A stretch of DNA of 64,000 nt from a bacterium (lineage in GTDB: Bacteria > Patescibacteriota > Minisyncoccia > UBA6257 > Colwellbacteraceae): contig JAKPNH010000008.1 of NCBI GenBank assembly GCA_029548485.1, forward strand, positions 1,563-65,562. The letters run 5' to 3'. The position numbers were made by a program, and so were the translations under genes. How positions within the stretch are numbered: the stretch's first letter is position 1; each line of letters begins with the position of its first letter. Shown here in pieces: positions 56,844 to 64,000 of this stretch. The notes beneath the pieces are model-generated. The model saw only the letters and a list, made by a program, of their open reading frames with translations, was not told where the DNA came from and searched no databases.

Positions 56844-58577
56844 CTATTCCGTCTCCCTCAAAACTTCTTCGATTGATATAAATCCGTCCAATACTTTCAA
56901 TATACCGTCCTGCCTCAAAGTGATCATTCCCTGGCGCTCGCCTTCGTCGACGACATCGGCTTCGGTCGGGTTGCTGGCGATTATTTTTTCGAGCTCTCTC
57001 GTCATTTTCATGATTTCGAAAATGGCGATGCGGCCGGCGGTCCCTTTTCCCTTGCAGGCCGGACATCCCGGCGAGTGGAAAATCTGATAAGGCTCTTTAT
57101 AGATCAGTTTCGATCTTACGTCTTCCGGAAGCTTGGCGATCTCTTCCTTGATGATTTTCTGGATTTCCGGCGAAGCGGTTTCGGCTTCACGGCACTTTTC
57201 GCAAAGCCTTCCCAGAAGCCTTTGGGACATCATCAGGTTCACAGCCGACGGCAAAAGAAAAGGAGGAACTTTCATGTCGATCAATCTCGGAATGACTCCA
57301 GCGGCGTTATTCGTATGGAGCGTGGACAAAACAATGTGCCCGGTCAAGGCGGCGTTCACCGCCAAACCGGCGGTTTCGTTGTCGCGGATCTCGCCGACCA
57401 TGATGATATCCGGATCCTGCCTCAATATCTGGCGCAGCCCGGAAGCGAAATCGTATCCGATTTCCGGCTTCACCTGCGACTGGTTGACGCCCTCGACGAA
57501 ATATTCGACCGGGTCTTCCAAACTGACGATGTTCACGTCCTCCTGGTTTAAAATCTTCAAAAGCGCGTAAAGGGTGGTCGTTTTTCCGGATCCGGTCGGA
57601 CCGGTGACGAGCACCATTCCGAAAGGCTTCCTGATTCCCTCCTGGATGATGTCGGCGTTTTTGCCGACGATCCCCAAGCTATCGATACCCTTCAAACCGA
57701 TGCTCGGATCGAGAACGCGGAGCGCCACTTTTTCGCCCACCGGCGTCGGGAAAGTGGCGACGCGGAAATCAATGTCCCGCCCGAAGATCACCGTCCGGAA
57801 ACGGCCGTCTTGCGGGATCCTCGTTTCGTCTATCTTCAAATCGGAAAGGATCTTGATCCTCGAGACAAACGGCTGCTGGAGCTCTATGGGTAAAGAGGCC
57901 ACCTCTTCCAAATCGCCGTCCATCCTGAATCTCACCCTGACCCTGTTTCTCATGGGCTCGACGTGGATGTCCGAAGCCTTGCGTTCGACCGCCTCCCGGA
58001 AGGTCGAGGCGACCAATTTGATGATCGGCGCTTCCTCGGCCACTCCTCTCGCTTCCTCGAGTGCCACCGGCCGCTGCATGGAAGAAACCCCGTCGCCGGA
58101 TTTGATGCCCAAAGATTTTATCGCCGCCTCAACTTCGGACTTGTAGGGATTGTATCTGCGGAGCACGAGCTCCAGATCCGCCGGAGTGATGATGAAAACC
58201 CCCAAGTTCAGTCGATTGGCTTTGGCGATGAACCTCAAAGCGTCCTGCGCCCGACTGTTCTGGGGGTCGACCATGCCGACGATAAGCATGTCTTTGGTCC
58301 GCGAAATCGGAGCCACCTTGTAAGTTTGGACCGTTTCCTTCGGCACCAAAGCCAAAAGATCGTCGGTCAAAGACTCCACGTTTATTTTTTGGTAAGGAAT
58401 GCCGATGATCTCGCTTTTGATTTCGGCGATCTTTTCTTCGGGCACGGTCCGCCGCAAATAAAGCAGGTCTTCAACCGGCCTCTGGGAAACCGCCGATTCT
58501 TTCAAAATCTGCTCGCCGGCTTCTTTGGTGAGCAGATTCTTTTTGACGAGGGCCTGCGTTAAAACCTGGGAATCCAT
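56844..58577 (-). CDS. pilB: type IV pilus assembly ATPase PilB (GspE family)
   Basis: N-terminal GSPII domain plus Walker A GPTGSGKTTT and C-terminal CxxC tetracysteine. Confidence 0.9.
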   Translation of the reverse strand: MDSQVLTQALVKKNLLTKEAGEQILKESAVSQRPVEDLLYLRRTVPEEKIAEIKSEIIGIPYQKINVESLTDDLLALVPKETVQTYKVAPISRTKDMLIVGMVDPQNSRAQDALRFIAKANRLNLGVFIITPADLELVLRRYNPYKSEVEAAIKSLGIKSGDGVSSMQRPVALEEARGVAEEAPIIKLVASTFREAVERKASDIHVEPMRNRVRVRFRMDGDLEEVASLPIELQQPFVSRIKILSDLKIDETRIPQDGRFRTVIFGRDIDFRVATFPTPVGEKVALRVLDPSIGLKGIDSLGIVGKNADIIQEGIRKPFGMVLVTGPTGSGKTTTLYALLKILNQEDVNIVSLEDPVEYFVEGVNQSQVKPEIGYDFASGLRQILRQDPDIIMVGEIRDNETAGLAVNAALTGHIVLSTLHTNNAAGVIPRLIDMKVPPFLLPSAVNLMMSQRLLGRLCEKCREAETASPEIQKIIKEEIAKLPEDVRSKLIYKEPYQIFHSPGCPACKGKGTAGRIAIFEIMKMTRELEKIIASNPTEADVVDEGERQGMITLRQDGILKVLDGFISIEEVLRETE

Positions 58578-58578
58578 T

Positions 58579-58881
58579 TTACAAAGCGGCGAAAGGATTT
58601 TCCTTTCCGAGGCTGTTCGGTCCGATGACCGGAAGATCGACCGACCTTCGCGGCGTTTCCGAAGAGAAGAATTCGTCTTGAAGAATTTCCTCCGGATTGA
58701 ATTTCAAACCGCTCAAATCGGCCACGGACTGGAGATTGGCCGGCAGGATCGCCTCGATGAGCGGCGCCGGGGTGAAAAAGAGATAATAGGCGCCGATGGC
58801 GAGAATGGCCAGAGCCGACGCCGCGGAAATTAGAATGAACGTTCTCGACCCTCTTTGATTCGGTTGGATGATGACTGCCAT
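58579..58881 (-). CDS. small membrane protein of the pilus cluster
   Basis: Single TM (FILISAASALAILAIGAYYLFF); position between pilO-like and pilB. Confidence 0.4.
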   Translation of the reverse strand: MAVIIQPNQRGSRTFILISAASALAILAIGAYYLFFTPAPLIEAILPANLQSVADLSGLKFNPEEILQDEFFSSETPRRSVDLPVIGPNSLGKENPFAAL

Positions 58882-58882
58882 T

Positions 58883-59443
58883 TTATTCGTAATATGTGTT
58901 GATTATTAATTGAAGGGAATAAATATTGGCTCTGCCGGAGGCGCTGACATTCATCGAGGAAACGTCCATCAGCCTCATATTGTTCTCGATATCGCGGATA
59001 AAAGCTTTGAGGTTTTCGTAAGAGCCCTCGGCTCTGACCGTAGCCCGCAAAACCCCGTAAGCGGAAACGAGAGAGTTCCCGTTAGACTGCATCGGCGGAT
59101 GCTGGAAACTGACGCTCGCCACCGTCACCTGGTTCGCGGCCGAAAGTCCGTGGATCTGCGCCAAAACTTCGGGGATTTCTTCGTCTGGAGGCAAAGAACG
59201 GTCGAGATCGTCTTTGTACTGGAAGCTGTCCTCGTATTGCCTCGCCAAATTGGCGAAAGCCTCCACCTGGGCCGCGGCCCGGCTCAAAACAACGGCCGCG
59301 GCGTCCCTATCCGCCCTGAGCTGTTTGACGCCGTTCTCTCCCTCGAATTCCGGCCTGATGAAATTGGTGAACACGAAAACGGCCGCCACCAAAAGGGCGA
59401 TGCCTCCCAGAATGCTCAAGAATCTTTTAAAGGAAGAAGCCAT
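58883..59443 (-). CDS. pilO: PilO-like pilus assembly protein
   Basis: N-terminal TM plus coiled coil; position downstream of pilN-like. Confidence 0.55.
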   Translation of the reverse strand: MASSFKRFLSILGGIALLVAAVFVFTNFIRPEFEGENGVKQLRADRDAAAVVLSRAAAQVEAFANLARQYEDSFQYKDDLDRSLPPDEEIPEVLAQIHGLSAANQVTVASVSFQHPPMQSNGNSLVSAYGVLRATVRAEGSYENLKAFIRDIENNMRLMDVSSMNVSASGRANIYSLQLIINTYYE

Positions 59444-59972
59444 TGTTAAAAATTATTTGCATTTGGAAAGAGACCCCGGTCTGTCCGAGAGTCGCCCCGC
59501 CTATGGAAACGCTTTCCACCTCCTGAAGATTCCGGAAAACGTCGAGCTGGCTCGCCAAGGCTTCGTAGTTTACGGCCGTTCCGCTCAAATTCGCCGTCAA
59601 GCTCGGAATGTCGAGGTCCATCGAGCTGTAGGCGACGTCTTGACGGGTATTCGTCTCGAGAAACGGAAATACGTTCGAAGAAAAAACATGCCTCGAAAGC
59701 AGCGTCTTCAAGTTTTCTATCTGGGAATAGAAATCTATGAAGGCCTGTCTGTCTTGCGGGGAAACCTGCTCGTCGAGAGCGTCGATCTGCGCTTTTATAT
59801 CCTCGGTGTTGCTTAAAAGAAAAGGCTTGTACCCGTAAGCCAATCCGAAATAGCTTACTCCGAGCAGAATGAGGATGAATAAGGAAAATATCAAAAGTCT
59901 TGTCGGCCAACCGGCGGGTTCTCGGCCGACGTTGAATCTCTGATCGATGTTTGTTGAATATTGCGGTGGCAT
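59427..59972 (-). CDS. pilN: PilN-like pilus assembly protein
   Basis: Short cytoplasmic N-terminus, TM, periplasmic domain; follows pilM. Confidence 0.5.
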   Translation of the reverse strand: MPPQYSTNIDQRFNVGREPAGWPTRLLIFSLFILILLGVSYFGLAYGYKPFLLSNTEDIKAQIDALDEQVSPQDRQAFIDFYSQIENLKTLLSRHVFSSNVFPFLETNTRQDVAYSSMDLDIPSLTANLSGTAVNYEALASQLDVFRNLQEVESVSIGGATLGQTGVSFQMQIIFNNGFFL

Positions 59973-59975
59973 TTT

Positions 59976-61064
59976 TTAAAATTGCCTTAGTCCGAGGCCG
60001 ATCGCGACCGCGAGCGTCCCTCCCAATTCGTTCACCACTGGCTGGAGCGCCGGCGGATAGCTCAAAGCGGAAAAAGGACTGGGCCGTTCGACTTTCATTT
60101 GCAGGAAATCCGCGGCGTATTTATCCAAGCCGGCAAGCTCGCCGCCTCCGCCGGAAAGGATCAACTTTCCGATTTGGCCGCGATAGTTCTTCTCGAAATT
60201 GTCTTTCACTCGTCTTACTTCATTAAGTATAACATCGACGTAAGGCAGCATTAAAGTGGACAACTCGTATTCTCCGCCCATCCCGAGCAAACCCCGGCGT
60301 TTTTTCAATTCTTCGGCTCTTCTCACGTTGATGTTCAAGCCGTTCGAGACCGCCTGGCTCATGGATCCGCCGGCATAATCGAGATAAGCGCTCGACAATA
60401 AATATCCGTTTCTCGCGACGTAAAGTCCGGTCGATCTTCCGCCGATGTCGAGGATCAAAGAGAGCTCTTCGTCTCCTTTCGTAAAAACCCGGGCGAGGCT
60501 CATCCCTTCGATTTCGATCACCCTCAAGTTCAGACCGGCGGCCTGGAAAATGCTTTTGTATTTCTCGACGATATTGTTCGGCATGGCCGAAAGAAAAACC
60601 TGCTGCTTTCTCTGCCCTTTTTCGTCTTCGAATTCGCCGACCACCGACCATTCGGTGGCAACCGAAGCGATTGCCGCCGGCACCAAGGCCCGCGCCTGGT
60701 AGGACATGATCTGGTCCATCTCGTTTTTCGGCATCAGCGGCAGCTCGAGCAAGGTGGTGAAAGCGGAAAAAGGTGGCAGAGAAGCGAAAACCGCGGCCGC
60801 TCCGGGCTTCACTTGCCTGACGAGTGTTTGGAGCATGTTGGCCGCCTCCTTGTCGTCCATTTTGAGACTGCTCGTCTGGATGGCGCTGTTTTGCCGGGAA
60901 AGATGGCTGTAGGTTTCGAGCAGCCCGTAATTTTTGAAATTCGGCCGGTCGGCGACGATGGCGAGTTCGACCAGCTTGATTGAAGTCGTTCCGATGTCGA
61001 CCCCGATGGCCGACTGAAAAGAAAGCAGGGGTTTTAAGGGCTTCAAAAAATCGAGTATCGCCAT
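59976..61064 (-). CDS. pilM: type IV pilus assembly protein PilM (actin-like ATPase)
   Basis: Actin-fold phosphate motifs (VGVDIGTTSIKLVELA). Confidence 0.8.
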   Translation of the reverse strand: MAILDFLKPLKPLLSFQSAIGVDIGTTSIKLVELAIVADRPNFKNYGLLETYSHLSRQNSAIQTSSLKMDDKEAANMLQTLVRQVKPGAAAVFASLPPFSAFTTLLELPLMPKNEMDQIMSYQARALVPAAIASVATEWSVVGEFEDEKGQRKQQVFLSAMPNNIVEKYKSIFQAAGLNLRVIEIEGMSLARVFTKGDEELSLILDIGGRSTGLYVARNGYLLSSAYLDYAGGSMSQAVSNGLNINVRRAEELKKRRGLLGMGGEYELSTLMLPYVDVILNEVRRVKDNFEKNYRGQIGKLILSGGGGELAGLDKYAADFLQMKVERPSPFSALSYPPALQPVVNELGGTLAVAIGLGLRQF

Positions 61065-61088
61065 GAATTGCTATTATTAATGATAGCA

Positions 61089-61778
61089 CGAATGCCGAAT
61101 CCCACGAATATCAAAGAACGGCTTCTGGATCTCGTTTTTCCGAAGCTTTGCCTGAATTGTCATCGTCTTCTCGAAGAACCGATCGATAAAGAAAACCTCT
61201 TGTGCGGCCGCTGTTTCGGTTCGATCGTCGTCAACCGCCTGATATTCCCGGAACCGGGATTTTTTCTCGGCAGCGCCACTCTTTACAAAATAGAGGCCGC
61301 GAGAAATCTGATTCATTTCCTTAAATACGAAGATTTTCCCGGAGTGAAGCATCCGATCGCTAAAATAATCAAAGCCTATCTCCGAAAATCCGCTTTTATC
61401 GATCTTTTCCGCAACGCCAAGCCGGAAATCGTTCCCGTTCCCCTTTATTTCCTGAAATCCATAAACCGCGGATTCAATCAGGCCGAAGACATCGCCGAGG
61501 TTTTGGCCGGCGAAACCGGCTGGCCGACCCGAAACCGCTTGCTTCGAAGAATCAGAAACACGCGATCCCAAGCCAAGCTCGAACAAAAATCAGAAAGACT
61601 GGAAAATATGGCCGGCGCCTTTATTTTAAAAAGCGGTTTAGAAGAATACGTCGTCGGAAAAAGCTTTATCGTTGTCGACGACGTTTACACTTCGGGCGCA
61701 ACCATGTCCGAAGCGATCAAGGTATTGAAATCCGGCGGCGCCAAAAGCGTCGCCGGATTCGTATTCGCGAAAGGATAA
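61089..61778 (+). CDS. comF: competence protein ComF (zinc-ribbon + phosphoribosyltransferase domain)
   Basis: N-terminal CxxC...CxxC and C-terminal PRTase motif FIVVDDVYTSGATM. Confidence 0.8.
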   Translation, partial: RMPNPTNIKERLLDLVFPKLCLNCHRLLEEPIDKENLLCGRCFGSIVVNRLIFPEPGFFLGSATLYKIEAARNLIHFLKYEDFPGVKHPIAKIIKAYLRKSAFIDLFRNAKPEIVPVPLYFLKSINRGFNQAEDIAEVLAGETGWPTRNRLLRRIRNTRSQAKLEQKSERLENMAGAFILKSGLEEYVVGKSFIVVDDVYTSGATMSEAIKVLKSGGAKSVAGFVFAKG

Positions 61779-61780
61779 AA

Positions 61781-63214
61781 TCAGCAAGGACCATCTACGC
61801 AACTCCAGGATCCACTCCAACCGCCATGAGACGAGCATCTGCTAAGGCAAGTTTCGGGGCCTCCCACATATTGGCATTTTACTCCGGCGCCCAAACTTCC
61901 TGACGGCGTATAACCATCGTTGCAGGTGCAACTCCAACTTCCCGGGCTGCACGATTCGCATATAAAGATCCAGTTGCAAAACTTTCCGGATGAACAATCG
62001 GAATCACTGCAACATTGGCAACAGGAAGTGCTGCAGCCTAAAGAAGTCTCCGAACCGGTTCCAGAACAACTGCCGCCGCTACAGACTTGGGTAACTTGTA
62101 TTCTGTTACAGAAAGAGCAGGTATAGCCTGTGCCGCAATAATTTCCATCTGTGTCTCTCGAACAACCGCAAGATCCGGATCCCCCGGAGAAAGTTCCATC
62201 GGCATTGCAGGTGCTTGTCGTTGTCGTGCCGCTGGCCGATTCATCACAACTAGACGAATAATTACAAGAGCAGCCTCCCGTGGTGACTGTTCCCGGATAA
62301 ACGCTCGCACTATTATCGTTACAATCGATGCCGCCGGAATTCAAAGTGTTTCTGCGTTTTCCATTTGTTGGAGCCGCATCTTGAAGATATTGAGTGGCGT
62401 TCGCCGGATAGGTGTCGTTATCAAAATCAACCATCCAAATATTGGTTTTTCTAAGCGCTCCGTCCTCTCCCAAAGCGATCGCTCCGTTTACGGTAATGGT
62501 TTTCCCGGAATTGAAGGCGAAGGGAGCGTTAAGCGTCAGGGTAACTCCTCCGTTGATCGTTAAATTGCCGTTATCCACTCCGTCGGCCGTGGAAATAGAA
62601 CAGTTGCTGCTCAAAGTGGCGTTTCCGCCCATGGGAATGCCGCAGGCGTCGCTCCAAGCCAAAGTGATCGAGTTTTCCCGTCCGGCCGCGTCTTTGGCCA
62701 AGAAAACCGTGTGATAGACGGAATCATGGGTGTCTTTGACGATCCATTCTCCTTCGTATAAAGACGCTCCACGCTGTTTCGGCGTTGATTGGAATCGCCT
62801 TAAAAACTCTTTGAATATATTTTCCTCTCCTGTTTCTTTGATGGAGGATGCTGCTGATTCTGTTTGTCTTACGAATTCCAAGGGCAGAATCACGACGTCG
62901 TTATCGGTCTCGATATGCGCTTCGACCGAAACGATTTCCGCATCGTCGTCGACAACTACCGACAATTTCTGCGTGTTTCCGACATGGACATCGACCGGAT
63001 CGATGATCGCCTCGACAAACTTCGGCCAAGTTTCTTCGGCCTGACTGATGTGGTACACCTGCCTGCCCTCCGGAAGAACAAGCTTTTTCCCGACGGCGCT
63101 CGGCGATTCCGGGTTTCTATTCATAACGGCGTCGATGGCAAAAAGGGCGAGAACGATCAAAATAACGACAGCGGCGATTTTTCCGGCGTCGATTTTCTTG
63201 AAATCAAATTTCAT
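61781..63214 (-). CDS. membrane-anchored cysteine-rich surface protein (about 40 Cys in the C-terminal 200 aa; Gly/Ser/Thr-rich)
   Basis: N-terminal TM anchor, beta-rich middle, then dense Cys repeats (CSCNYSSSC..., CCQCCSDSDC...). Confidence 0.6.
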   Translation of the reverse strand: MKFDFKKIDAGKIAAVVILIVLALFAIDAVMNRNPESPSAVGKKLVLPEGRQVYHISQAEETWPKFVEAIIDPVDVHVGNTQKLSVVVDDDAEIVSVEAHIETDNDVVILPLEFVRQTESAASSIKETGEENIFKEFLRRFQSTPKQRGASLYEGEWIVKDTHDSVYHTVFLAKDAAGRENSITLAWSDACGIPMGGNATLSSNCSISTADGVDNGNLTINGGVTLTLNAPFAFNSGKTITVNGAIALGEDGALRKTNIWMVDFDNDTYPANATQYLQDAAPTNGKRRNTLNSGGIDCNDNSASVYPGTVTTGGCSCNYSSSCDESASGTTTTSTCNADGTFSGGSGSCGCSRDTDGNYCGTGYTCSFCNRIQVTQVCSGGSCSGTGSETSLGCSTSCCQCCSDSDCSSGKFCNWIFICESCSPGSWSCTCNDGYTPSGSLGAGVKCQYVGGPETCLSRCSSHGGWSGSWSCVDGPC

Positions 63215-63223
63215 GTTTTTGTT

Positions 63224-64000
63224 TTATTTGACCTTTAGGCCTGTTCCCGGTTCCGCGTCTTTGGGAACGTTCGGCCATTCCAGATAGTCAAACCTCGGCG
63301 CGGTCAGCCGGTAAGAGACTTCGAAATCCCCGCTTGTTTTATCTGAGCTTCCCGCAATCAAAATGCGGTTATTCGCGACGTCTTTTTCGTAATAAACTTC
63401 GCCTTTGAATCCGGGCGTGAGGAGAATACTCAAATTTTTCCATTGTTCTCCGAAATTGGTCGTGCTGCGGAAAAGCCAGAAATCAGATCCCTTGTCCGCG
63501 AAGGCGAAATTGATTTCTCCCGAAAATTCACCGTTGCCGATGTCGGTCAGTTTCAAAACGCCGGTCGTTTCTTCTTTCACTCCGGTCATGCCCGGAGTAT
63601 AAGTCGAATACTGCTCGCCGTTAATGTTGAAGAGCGGGTCCACCGTACCCACGGTCAGTTTTCCGGACCCGCCACCGACAACCACCGTGTCTCCGGCCGC
63701 GGTGCCGAAACGCGCCGTAGTCGCGCCTCCGCTTACGACATCGAGTTTATATCCCGGAGCGGTTGTTCCGATACCGACTTTGCTAGCGTCGTCGATGCTG
63801 ATCGCCGCCGCCGAAAGAGAACCATCCGTTTGGATAACGCCGATGTCTCCGAATGAATTATCTCCGGTCCGGCGGCCTCCTTTGATATAAATACCCCTAT
63901 CGTTTGAATGGTTGATCCTCACTATTGCCGCCGAATTATCGGTGTCATTCCCTCCCTCGAAACGGGCCACTTCGACTTCTCCGGCGATCGTGGCGGCAAG
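63224..64000 (-). CDS. partial Gly-rich fibre/tail-fibre-like surface protein (5' end beyond the window)
   Basis: The frame stays open to the window edge; contains the IGTTAPGYKLDV motif typical of phage tail-fibre / endosialidase-chaperone-like repeat proteins. Confidence 0.5.
   Translation of the reverse strand, partial: LAATIAGEVEVARFEGGNDTDNSAAIVRINHSNDRGIYIKGGRRTGDNSFGDIGVIQTDGSLSAAAISIDDASKVGIGTTAPGYKLDVVSGGATTARFGTAAGDTVVVGGGSGKLTVGTVDPLFNINGEQYSTYTPGMTGVKEETTGVLKLTDIGNGEFSGEINFAFADKGSDFWLFRSTTNFGEQWKNLSILLTPGFKGEVYYEKDVANNRILIAGSSDKTSGDFEVSYRLTAPRFDYLEWPNVPKDAEPGTGLKVK

Noticed and set aside
1-64000. CRISPR arrays, rRNA genes, transposases, integrases
   Set aside because: No regularly spaced direct repeats, no rRNA-like sequence and no transposase or integrase-like ORFs were found. 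The AT-rich island has no recognisable mobility gene
1-64000. Alternative genetic code (UGA = Gly, code 25) as in some CPR lineages
   Set aside because: TGA terminates well-conserved genes at the expected length (e.g. prs, gdh with the ATGA overlap, comF). The standard code 11 fits all homologs

Overview
The window is a 64 kb stretch of a streamlined bacterial chromosome with about 55-60% GC, almost all coding, with standard genetic code (TGA is used as a stop, including an ATGA overlap). Minus-strand genes dominate. The protein set is consistent with a reduced Patescibacteria/CPR-like genome: short UvrA, UvrC, AlaRS, EF-Ts and RpoA, and a type IV pilus without a secretin. I recognise ribosomal protein and translation genes (rplL, rplJ, rpmG, rpsB, tsf, rpsP, trmD, and an rpsI to infA run), five tRNAs, a uvrB-uvrA-patatin-uvrC block, smc-like, ychF, serS, lysS, alaS, rpoD-dnaG, ddl, gdh, groES/EL, rmuC and htpX. 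Near the 3' end is a complete type IV pilus / competence cluster (pilM/N/O/B/T/C, major pilin, pilD, minor pilins, comF) followed by Cys-rich and fibre-like surface proteins. The most unusual feature is a sharply AT-rich island of about 3.2 kb at 20.64-23.81 kb, inserted between uvrB and an FtsQ-like/serS block, with no integrase or tRNA at its borders. It carries five nucleotide/pterin-metabolism genes: an NDK-like kinase, a DHFR/RibD-C-like reductase, a Maf NTP pyrophosphatase, a PRTase-like protein and GTP cyclohydrolase I. This is not a canonical folate or queuosine operon, and I propose it as a candidate laterally acquired, previously undescribed pterin or modified-nucleotide module. No CRISPR arrays, rRNA genes or transposases were found. 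Promoter and terminator calls are by eye only, and all GC values are estimates.
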